DNA of 64,000 bases, from the NCBI GenBank assembly GCA_037447605.1, contig CM074809.1, positions 3,028,689-3,092,688 of the forward strand. The letters are read 5' to 3'. Source of the DNA: Zygnema circumcarinatum SAG 698-1b. Lineage: Eukaryota > Plantae > Zygnematophyceae. Shown here piece by piece: positions 48,509 to 58,523 of this stretch. The notes under the pieces were generated by a model. It was not told the DNA's origin and ran no database searches. It saw nothing but the letters and a program-made list of their open reading frames with translations. Made by a program: the position numbers and the translations under genes. How positions within the stretch are numbered: the stretch's first letter is position 1; the number at the start of each line of letters is the position of its first letter.

Positions 48509-48627
48509 GCCGTTATCTAGTCGTCACAGTTGTATAATATAATATATATTATATAGTCGTAATTAATCCATCCCTAGTTACCATACGGGCGGGCCGTCGG
48601 GGGCGGCACTCAGTGAAAGGTGGATGG

Positions 48628-48825
48628 CAATGGTTGGCTGAGTCTGACGCCAATGGTTGGAACCAGCGCCAATAGGTGGCAACCAATGGCTGGCCGAGTC
48701 TGACGTCACAATGGTTGGAATCAGTGTCAATAGTTGGCAACCAATGGCTGGTTGAGTCTGACGCCAATGGTTGGAACCAGTGCCAATAGGTGGCAACCAA
48801 TGGCTGGCTGAGTCTGACGCCAATT
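48628..48825. repeat. About 56-bp tandem repeat (3.5 copies) of the CCAATGGTTGG family
   Basis: gagtctgacg at 48640, 48696, 48754 and 48810. Confidence 0.85.
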
Positions 48826-49798
48826 GCCCTAGTGGTTCCCCTTGGTGCTTTTGTCCATCTACATTTGATGCCCCATAATGAGATAAATGCCATTTTCCCC
48901 CCTTGCAACGGTTGCGAACCATTGGATCGTGCGATTATTGCCATGCAGAGGTTGTCCAATGGTTCCCGATGCAATGGTTCGACCTGCGAAGGGTTGATGC
49001 AGTTATCCGACCGCTGCAGCACTGCCAATTTTCTTTTTCAACTTTTTGGGCCGTGACCACATTGAAGTTAACTTTCATTGAAAGGTTTCCAGATTGATAA
49101 GCCCCATTTGAGCAGAATGAAACCGTAGTTGTGCCATCTGATGACTGTCGAGCGAGTGACAAACTTGCAGGAAACCGAGAAATTACATTCATGTTAATTT
49201 GAATGAAACATCAAATATCATTGAAAGTATCTTCCAGGAAACGTCGTAGGATGCAGAACAATGCTTTGTGAATTACAAGTGAGAAAAAAAGTTGCCATCG
49301 AGACTATACATATATGTATAACAAGGTTGCTGGAAGTAGATTGATGCCCCATCAGAAGAAATGATGCCACCAACACAGAGCAAACAGACATTCGAGCTGA
49401 AAGCAGGCAATGAAGTCCACGCCAAGCTCGGTACAAATGATATGATGCATGGTTCGGAGGACTGCGAACATACAGAGATGCAGAGATGCCCAAACCAGAT
49501 GACATTCATTGCAAGTGAAAAAAAAGCGATTTGCATTTAGCCGTGGAGGACAGACATCCCTCCCATGCTCGCCACCAAATCATCTTCGGCAGTAATCGAC
49601 ACGCATTCATCCTCCCACCCCCCCTGCCCCCTTCCCCCCAGTTCCTATATCTACTACGCTCTCAGTTAAGTTCTATCTCCCCCATGTACACAGTTATGAA
49701 CAATAAATAAGTTGCATACACATAACCCCCCTTGGGAAGGGCCTCACAATCCCTTATTCATAAGTTTTGCTTGCTGACAACTAACACACCCTGCTGTG

Positions 49799-51258
49799 CT
49801 AACGCTGCTGGAAGTTCAGCTTCTGAATAGCGTATGCAAATATGAAGAAGAACACGATGGTGAAGGCGATGAGGATAGCGACGACTTCACCCAAGAAGCT
49901 ATCCTCGTAGCTGAAGTAATCTTTCAGAAAAGCCTTCACTGTTTGCTGTTTGGTCGACCCCGGCTGATTGATCAAATTCGTGTAGTCACCAAGCTGCACC
50001 ATAAGATCGACCCCATCACCACGCATTGTTGATTCCTTTAGCAATAGACAGATATAAGAGCTATCAACATACAGGTTCAACACGCAGAGAGAGGCATGGG
50101 TCGTTCCAAGCTGATGCATGCCACGTCATCAGTGCTCACCTGCGAAGCGATCAGACCATAGAGGGTCCACGCTACAGGGTTGATGAAATAATACCATCTC
50201 CACCATGGAGGGATGGCCTGCGCACCAAAAAGAAACCAGGAAGAGCAATGTTCCAGTGTTACAACCAGCCGCCTGCATATAGACATAGGCACAGCATATA
50301 GGCATATGGACAGAACTGGGGGGGGGGGGGGAACTGATGGAAAAGGAAATCCATCACGGATTAATCCTAAGCTGATACGAGATTGGAAAAGTTCGTCGAC
50401 AAGGGAAAGCTCGTCCACTCACCTTGCGCGTGATGATGAAGCCGGANNNNNNNNNNNNNNNNNNNNNNNNNNNNNNNNNNNNNNNNNNNNNNNNNNNNNN
50501 NNNNNNNNNNNNNNNNNNNNNNNNNNNNNNNNNNNNNNNNNNNNNNCGGGTGGAACAGAAAACCAATATCTCAAGAAGACGCTAGAATGACCAGGTCAAG
50601 AGGAGGTCAGCAACATCGTCAGTCAGAGGACGCTGTGGCCACTTACTTCGATTAAGGGCGCTATTTTCCTGATCCAAGAACAGCTGGACTTAGAAATAAG
50701 TTCCATGTGCGGTCTAGTAAGCTAAAACAAGAAGAGAAGCATGCATCCAAGACATCCCCTGCAGCACCTTGCTCATGATCGCGGTCTTTAGCCGGTCAAA
50801 AGTTGGGAGGCGCTCCAATGCCGCCCATTTAAGCATCTCCTCGTCCGTCTGGCCTTCCTCTGAATCATACACAAAACAAAACAGCATTTATTAGTTTTCT
50901 CGATGCAATACAAGCGACTGTTTCGTTCTTTATATGCCTTCCTCTATTGACTATCTGTCTTCTTTCTATTTCAAACGCCAAACGCAACCGGTTATGACCT
51001 GTTCACTGCCTATTACAGACATTCGTAACGTGGCCCTACATTTCCCTGAGTAGCAAATAAACCTCCTCCGAACCAATCTCCCCTCTCTCCCCCCTCCTAT
51101 ATCTCTCCCACTCTCCTCTTCCCGGCCTTCCACGTACCCGAGTGCGGCGGCTTTGCTGTGAGCGAGCTGAGCGACTGCAGCCCGATACTTCGGGCCGACG
51201 CATCGGCCTCAATCTTGTGGGCCGCATCTGCAACCAAATCTCCCGTGGGCTCCGGCAT
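49799..51258 (-). CDS. ABCG (PDR-type) transporter, copy 2; 5' and 3' ends present, middle missing in an assembly gap
   Basis: 51258-50547 is the reverse-complement homologue of 35319-about 36030 ([21 protein letters not shown]..., [19 protein letters not shown]). 50446-49799 is the homologue of about 43650-44343 ([32 protein letters not shown]). 100 N at 50447-50546. Intactness cannot be judged. Confidence 0.8.
50447..50546. other. Assembly gap of 100 N; the true size is probably about 7.6 kb if ABCG copy 2 is full length
   Basis: The flanks correspond to about 43650 and about 36030 of copy 1. Confidence 0.8.
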
Positions 51259-52117
51259 GGCTGCTCTCCCACCTCCGCTCCCTCCCTCTCTCTCTCCCTC
51301 CTGCCCTGCCCTGCCCTGCAGTGTCCTGCAGGACTTACAGGACGGCCTTGCGCGGCCCCGCCTTTTGAATCTCCAACTCTTGCACGGCCGGGCGGCCGGG
51401 CGGCCGGGCGGCCGGGCGGGCGTCAGGGCGGCCGAGCGCGCCCGCCGGGAGGCTTCCCAAACCTGCGCGCTTCCGCGCTTTCCCGCGTGGGGTGGACAGA
51501 GGATGATGTCAGCCCGGCGCGCCGGCCCCGGTTCTGCCGCCCCCGAGCATCATATCTGGCGTATTTTCGATAGTCATGATCCAGTCAGAGATCGCCACGT
51601 CAGAAAGGCGCTGATGTGGCAGGCTACGGTTGGTTAAATCTCTGTGGTATCCCATTGGGTCGCGATCCTCATTCGCGGCATGGGCGGGGCTGCACCCATG
51701 ACGTCAGCGTCCTTGCGGCGCCTGCCGCCCGAGCCTGCCACGTGGCGCTCTCTCTGTGGCTGGGACTTGACAGCCTCGGACCAAGCGAGAGCCGTCCGAT
51801 TGTGATGGCTGGTTTGGATCGACGGCTCGTAGCTGGCCGGAGGCAGCCCGACTGCGAGCTAGCCGTTTCCCCAGCCCTACAGGCCGTACAGTATCTGTGC
51901 AGTGCTGGTGCCCTTCGGCGGCGGCGGACGGCCCAGGCACATGTCGCTGTTGGGGAACCAGTTCCAGTTGTTTTCGCGCGTAAGAAACATGTGAATAGAA
52001 CGGCTGTTCCTCAAAGCAGGAACGGTGGTAGAGGCATGGATCCGCCGTTAGGGTACGGAAGGAGGACTTTCGGTTTTGTGAAGGGCGTGCTGTGCCTTGG
52101 GAAGGGCTGGGCCGGCC

Positions 52118-53995
52118 ATGGCGTTCCAGGCGCTGCCGGATGACGTCCTGCTGCTCGTGCTATCCCACCAGGAGGCTGCTCTCAGCGCCGCTGACCTCGT
52201 ACGCCTCCGCTGTGTTGCTCGCTTTTTCAGAGGGCCGACAGAGGATGCAGCCCGGCTGCTTTGCGCGCGTCATCGCTGCGCTCGCGGTGTTCCCAGGGGC
52301 CTCTTGAAGGGCATTCTCTCTTTAGGGTTTGGGCCCGTAGAGAGGGAGCTGTGGAGGCCGAGCAAGGGAAAACCTGCAGGATCTACGGGGGGGGCGCTTG
52401 AAGATGGCTGTCGGCTCTCATGGATACGCTCGTTGCACCATCTGGAGGCTCTGGATAACGTCCTCTTCCGACGAAGTGGAACCGTGGCCGCTGGGAGTTG
52501 CTTTAGTTTATGCGTATCTCTTAATGGAGAAGTTTATGGCTTTGGCTCAGGCAGCAAGTTTGGGCTTGGCGAAGAAGCAGCTGCAGTTGAAGCGCCTGTT
52601 AGAATTCCAACAATTCCGGCGGGTGTGAGGATCGTACAGGTGGCAGCAGGGTGGGGTCATAGCTTGTTTCTTTCTGACGCTGGGGAAGTGTTCGCGGTGG
52701 GAGACAATGGAACTGGTAGCCTTGGACTAGGTCGTAGAAATCATCTTAGTCATGTGGCAACTCCTCAGAAGATTGACGGTTTCCATAGTGCAAGGGTGGT
52801 GAAGGTTGCCGCTGGCAATCAAATGTCAGCTGCAATTGATGAGGATGGAAAGCTTTTCACCTTCGGCGGGACACCGATCATGCTCGGACACGGGGATTTC
52901 CATGACGAGCATGAGCCGCGGCAGGTGGCGGCACTTGATGGAAAGAAAGTTCACATGGTTTCAATCGGATTATCTCACGTTTTGGCAATAGCAGATACTG
53001 GCAAGAATGAGGGCAGGGCGGTTTATTCGTGGGGCTTTTCAGATGACGGTGCTTTGGGGTTGGACGTTGCCAGATTTCAGAAATTTCCTAAGCTGATTTC
53101 TGGATTTTGTGAAGCTCCAATCTGGCCAATATCTGTTTCTGCGGGCAGAAACCATTCTCTAGCCTTGCTGCTGGGAGGCAACCTCTTGTCGTGGGGAAAT
53201 TTTGTTATCCGTCCCAAGCTCCCTCCATGGATGCGTTATCAAGGTCGTGGTGTCACAGAAATTGAGAAGCAGGGAGAGCCTGAAACCTCGTCTTCCAATG
53301 TAGGCCGTTTGGTCCCTGAGGGCATCGAGAGCCCTCTGAATGGAAGTTGCAGCAGCCAGGATAGTTCAGGCATCAGGTTCAACTTATATGGTCGAAGCGC
53401 AAAGGATGACCCTGCAAGGGACACCATATTGGAAGCTTCAGATAGCCATTCCTTCCAGTTGAGTGAACTTGACATTGCAAACGAGTATGGACCTGAATGG
53501 GGCCCAGCCGTGGTGCCGTCAGGTTGTTTAGGCCACCCAGACAATGTGGCATGTTGTAGACCTAAACTTGTGCAACGGTTCATTGGTAGACACATAGTTT
53601 CCATCGCTGCAGGCTGGTATGTGAGCTATGCTGTGACGGATTTGGGAGACGTTTTAGAATTTGGATTAGCACATCCAGCTGGGGGAGAGCTTAAGAATGC
53701 ACTCGTCAAATGTGATCCAAATCCTTCTAGCGTTGGAGGGAAGCAGGCTGCTGAAACATTTGACGCAGATATTTCCAGCGTAGCTGCTGGTGAAAAATTT
53801 GAATCGATTTCGTCGAGTTTCTACGACATTGCAATGCATACTTTATTGCTTAGCAGAAGTGGCAGGCTATTCTCCTCCGGGTTCTATGCATCCGGGCAGC
53901 TTGGCTTGCAGAGAAAAGACTATGAGCGCAGTTTTTCTGGCATGTATATATCAAAACCGCAGGAGATAGGAGATTTGAATCTAGGAGCACTATGA
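52118..53995 (+). CDS. Intronless F-box + RCC1-repeat protein (about 625 aa)
   Basis: The N-terminal ALPDDVLLLVLSH...LVRLRCVARFF is F-box-like. RCC1 blades: VQVAAGWGHSLFL, VAAGNQMSAAI, VSIGLSHVLAI, VSAGRNHSLAL, IAAGWYVSYAV, GQLGL. Single uninterrupted ORF. Confidence 0.85.
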   Translation: MAFQALPDDVLLLVLSHQEAALSAADLVRLRCVARFFRGPTEDAARLLCARHRCARGVPRGLLKGILSLGFGPVERELWRPSKGKPAGSTGGALEDGCRLSWIRSLHHLEALDNVLFRRSGTVAAGSCFSLCVSLNGEVYGFGSGSKFGLGEEAAAVEAPVRIPTIPAGVRIVQVAAGWGHSLFLSDAGEVFAVGDNGTGSLGLGRRNHLSHVATPQKIDGFHSARVVKVAAGNQMSAAIDEDGKLFTFGGTPIMLGHGDFHDEHEPRQVAALDGKKVHMVSIGLSHVLAIADTGKNEGRAVYSWGFSDDGALGLDVARFQKFPKLISGFCEAPIWPISVSAGRNHSLALLLGGNLLSWGNFVIRPKLPPWMRYQGRGVTEIEKQGEPETSSSNVGRLVPEGIESPLNGSCSSQDSSGIRFNLYGRSAKDDPARDTILEASDSHSFQLSELDIANEYGPEWGPAVVPSGCLGHPDNVACCRPKLVQRFIGRHIVSIAAGWYVSYAVTDLGDVLEFGLAHPAGGELKNALVKCDPNPSSVGGKQAAETFDADISSVAAGEKFESISSSFYDIAMHTLLLSRSGRLFSSGFYASGQLGLQRKDYERSFSGMYISKPQEIGDLNLGAL

Positions 53996-54866
53996 TTGTC
54001 GCTAGGATTGTACAGTTTACTCGCTTGTCACTGTGACCAACTGTTCGTTTCAAGCATGTCTTGATGGATTGTGCCACCACGCGTGAATGTTGGAAACGTG
54101 CTACATTTAGTGTTACTCTTCAATTGAGTGAAATCTGTTGTATAGCATGTGTGAGACCAAACGAGCTTGGAATGATGCTATGGCTGTTGAGGGTCTTAGG
54201 GTTGTATCGGAAAGCAGAGCAAGGCCCAGGAAGAAGCTTTGCATGTATGATGGACGAGCGACGGGAAGATGATCAGACCTTCCAGTAGCGCTTGACTCCA
54301 TATCGGGTCTAGATCTGAGTTTTCTCTGGTCGTGCCCATTGTGAGGTTGTTGGACAATTTCAGTGTTTTGCAAATGAGATGAACACGGATTCAATTTCGT
54401 GCTCACATGATCACTAACAGTCAAGCACACAGAAGTGCAACTAAATCACTAACACCATCACATAGAGTAGAGATCGACGAAGCGAAGAGTTCCACTGAAG
54501 AGAAGAAAGACGAACTTCCGAGGAGCCGTTTAGTGTTGGTCCTTAGTTGTAGTGAGTACGGAGTACCACAAGGCAGTCAGAGCCATGGTATTCGCGAAGG
54601 GCCAGCCATCAAAGCAGGGCCCACAGATAGGCTGCAGGCTGCCTCTCAGCTCTCACACTCGCCGTACAGCCTCTGGCACCGTCCGTCAGCGGCTGACGCG
54701 AGCGCTCAGCTGCTGCGTCGCTGCACGGTACCTAACAGAAACGCTCTCAAGCCCTGTATTTCAAACTGCGTTTGTAGGGCATAGAGACAGCAAGGCTCCG
54801 TAGCGGGAGGGTTACGCACTTACTACGGTGTTGCGGCAGTGTGGTGTAACTGGTGTTGCAGAAGAT

Positions 54867-54892
54867 TAGGGTTTGAAACCCTGAAAACCCTA
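54867..54892. promoter_or_regulatory. Telo-box cluster (TAGGGTTT, AAACCCT, AAACCCTA) just upstream of the EIF1AD ATG
   Basis: tagggtttgaaaccctgaaaacccta ends 14 bp before the ATG. Telo-boxes are known plant 5' elements of translation-related genes. Confidence 0.55.
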
Positions 54893-54906
54893 CAAGAAGG
54901 AAAACG

Positions 54907-56847
54907 ATGGGGAGGGCGAGAAGACACGTTCAGCAGGCCTCATTGCAGGGCATTCCGGAACCTCGCGATGGCGAAGTTATTATGCGGGTGGTGGGCCCTC
55001 GGGGAAGCAACATTATTGAGGTGAGAGAAAGGAAAGACATGGAAGGAATTTATTCTTACGCTTGAAAGAGGTTTGATGACGCTTGATCTCAAACGACTCA
55101 CTTTCTGACTGTCCTTAGACTTCAAAACGTTGCTGTGTGTAGCAAGAATCATATCAGAAGGAGCCTCACTCAAATAGTCCTGCGTTGGTGAAGAGAAGCA
55201 GATGAGAGCGATAAGCGAGTGGCATTGGGGGAGGGAGCGCTTAGGTTAGGCTCCAAGCCGCTGATGGGAGACTGCATGACTCAATCTTTGTCTATTCTGA
55301 CGGGCCTTTTGTCTCCTATTGAATGTCCTTAATCGAGTAACGCTATACAAAAGGCCGCCTTCTTTTGGAGAGCAGGGAAAAGTTTAGTCCAAACCTCTCT
55401 ATCCGCTAACCCACTTTCGCGTAGCATGATGATTGCCGGAATGCTGAATCAATTTCCTGTTACTATTATTGACAGCAAACAGCATTTTCTGGCGACTGAA
55501 TATCCTTCTGGGATTAGCCTCGAATTATTTTATAGTCTGCAAGGAGAGTTACGAAGTTTTGGGCTGTGCAAAATTGGTAAATTCTTCTTGCTGTCTGGAA
55601 GGTTGATATCAGAGGAAACTCTCCGATATCTTGTCACAGAGCTCACTTCTAGTTCTTCTTCTTCTTTTAGTGTGCTTTTCCTTAGTTCCTACTTTGTCGC
55701 CATTCGTTGCAGGTGGAGAGTGATGAAGGCCGAGCCACTCTGTGCATTCTTCCCGCCAAGTTCCACAAGCTCCTATGGCTCAAGCGAGGTGTGTCTTCGC
55801 TTGTCACCATGAATGGATTGATGTGTTCTGCACTTGAATCCAACCGCATCTGCGCAAATTCAGACGACGGCGCTGTGGGCTGCGCTCGTAAAGGTCACAT
55901 ATCAAAGAGCCATGGGCTTTGTTGTGACACCTCGGCTATGGAACACTGACAGCTCAGTTCAAACTTTGAAGAATACAGGATTTGGATTGAACATCTTCCT
56001 GTTTCACTAACGTGTTATTATGTCACTCTTCCAACTTTGAGTTCATGAAACAGAAGTTACCATAAGATTGAGGTTCATCTTAATTGGCTTTTTGTGGGAA
56101 ATGTGCTACTTTTCCTTTTTCTTTTTTTCTCACAGCTCTTACACCGAGCTGTTATTGTTTTCCTGAAGTGAAGATGATGGAGGTTGAATGTGCAGGCAAT
56201 TTTGTGATCGTGGATGAGGGCGATAGAGATGCCGCTGACAATGCAGGGAACAAAGTGACTGGAACGATTTCCGGAGTACTGTATGCAGAGCATGTATCTT
56301 CGCTGCGCAAAAAACCATGCTGGTATGTTGCTGTGGCTCGTTCGTAAGTAGAAGGAAAAGATTTGATTTTGAAGTATATGCAAGCCTTTATATCTTCTTT
56401 GTTTTTGTCAAATCCGCGAAAACAGTTAGCTGCGTTGTGTTTATGCTCATTCATTCTCTCTGGAGATGTGTGAGCAGGCCTGCTGGTTTCAACAACGAGC
56501 CAGTTGGTTTCAACAACGAAGCGCGAGCCGTGGCCACAACGAACTCCGATATCCGTTCTCGTCCACTTCAGGATAACGAGGATAGCTTATGTACTTTTGT
56601 TGAGAAGAACACTGAGGCAGAGTGTGATGGTGGTCGTTTAGAGCGTGAGCAGCAGGGAGACAGCGCTTTGCAGGTGGACAGGGAGGACGCTGTTGGATGC
56701 GAGGAAGGGGACGATGATGATGATGAAGAAGACGACGATTTGCCCCCCTTGGAGGAAAACCCCAATAGACAAAGAATACCGACCTACAGCGATAGCTCCG
56801 AATCTGATGAAGGAGAAGATGGCATACAAAGGACTCGCCATCGTTGA
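54907..56847 (+). CDS. EIF1AD: eIF1A-domain RNA-binding protein, 4 exons
   Basis: Exons 54907-55020, 55713-55788, 56196-56322 and 56478-56847: MGRARRHV...VMRVVGPRGSNIIE|VESDEGRATLCILPAKFHKLLWLKRG|NFVIVD...KVTGTISGVLYAEHVSSLRKKPCW|P...acidic tail with NPNR. Confidence 0.92.
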
Positions 56848-57795
56848 CAGTTTGCGTGCAGAGGGGATCTGTCGAATTATGTTGATTCGTTTGTTCATTA
56901 TGTATTCCCATTGTTTTCTGTGCAGTTTTGAATAAAAATTACTTGTATCAATTTGCTGATACACCTTAAATGGACCACAGTCCGCCAATTGCTGCGTTAC
57001 ACTGACTTGATACTTTATCCAATCAAAGAGTTCGTCATCTTTTCAGAACTATTTGCAAAACATGTCCTGTTAGGATTTCAGCGCAAACACATTGCACTGT
57101 GGCATTCATTGAAAAATGGCTTGACATTGTGAGAGACACTGCCATGCCACTTATATAACTGAGGAGATTGCAAACTCCCATGGGAAGGAAAAATCTCTAG
57201 CACACACAGTCTGGCAAAGTTGTTGCTTTTCTGCACATTCGAAACTTACATGCTTAATACATTGAGGTACGGTGCTTCCTGCTGCCCAGAACTGGTCTTG
57301 CCTGCGAGAGAGGCCGTGAAGGGCAGCATTCCCTTCTACATGTACAAAATATCTTCACGATGAGAAGTACCAAAACTTCAACAGCGCAGTCCACTGGAAA
57401 AGGAAGTCCCAGAGCCAAGGGGAGCGGGGGAAAATACAGAACACTACGCTGACGCTGACACTGGAAGAATACAGCCTTTGATAATACAGCGACGACTCCG
57501 CGGCTGTCCGAGTAACTCAAAAAAAAAAAAAAACAAAACTCTAATATGCGCATTTTCCAAATCAGAATAGTGCTGATGCTGTCAGTTGGGATCATTAACC
57601 AATACCGCCACAGCTAATGGGCTAGTCCTGAATTTCTTTCATCCCGACAAAATCTTATGCCAGATGAAAGACAGTCAGAATTTATCTACATCTGACCAAT
57701 GAATTACGATCAGTTCTCGCAGCATACTGTCCATGAAGCAAAAGAGGAACATCTGTACTCCCTCCTTCAAATGCTTAAGCTGAGCACTTCAAGAG

Positions 57796-58092
57796 TTACA
57801 GCCAACCATCCTGAGCAGTATTCCTTTCCACGTCCATACTTATTTGCTGCTCCTGTTCTCTCGCTTCCTCGGCTTCCCTAATTTCAGCTTCAAGCAGTGC
57901 AACCTTCTCTCGCATCGCCTGCATTACATCCTGATTCTCTTGAAGGGCTTGCGAGTAAACAGGATCATTGTCAGATTTCAGCGCTTCTTGAAGCTCTTCA
58001 TTTGAACGAACTAAGTGTCGTAACGCGTTCTCGACACGTGTCTTTTCCAGCTCAAGCCCCTCCACTTGCCCGACATCAGACGGCTGCCCCAT
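57796..58092 (-). CDS. Small intronless coiled-coil protein (98 aa), unknown function
   Basis: MGQPSDVGQVEGLELEKTRVENALRHLVRSNEELQEAL...ALQENQDVMQAMREKVALLEAEI. Heptad pattern and coding-like composition; divergent from the glucosidase gene. Confidence 0.6.
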   Translation of the reverse strand: MGQPSDVGQVEGLELEKTRVENALRHLVRSNEELQEALKSDNDPVYSQALQENQDVMQAMREKVALLEAEIREAEEAREQEQQISMDVERNTAQDGWL

Positions 58093-58523
58093 GCCTCTCA
58101 CAACCAGAAAAAGATGCCACCAAGAAGCAAACGAGGTATTCAAGCCCAGATCCAAATAGCAGCGACAGCAGTGCTGCAGTGTAAGCACAGCAGAGAGCAA
58201 TCACCCCCGCTTTCTTCAAATAATCGGCCTCCTCCGCCCTCTCCCCCTCCCCTTCAAACTTCAAGCGGAGAATTTGCGTCCGAGACTTCGTGCTGAGAAG
58301 CTTCCGTCTCGCACGTGCAAACCAACACAGAACGTGTAAAACTGGAATGTTTGTAAAACGACGTATCTCATTCTATGCTGTTCGGAAATCCGTTTTACGA
58401 TACACAACCAGCATAGAACACCCCTCTCTCGTTTCTCCTTGGAGGGCAGACAGTGCTTAAAAAGTAGAAACGAGTGAGAGGGCGAAGCTTGGAGGAGGAA
58501 GTCAGGGTGGGAGGAGTTCGTCT

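Larger units (their letters stand above)
47119..48576. mobile_element. hAT MITE (about 370 bp once inserts are removed) carrying nested LINE fragments and a 460-bp tandem duplication
   Basis: TAGGGATGG at 47119 and CCATCCCTA ending 48576. The subterminal blocks match 32330-32480 and 33170-33392 in reverse orientation. Confidence 0.85.
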
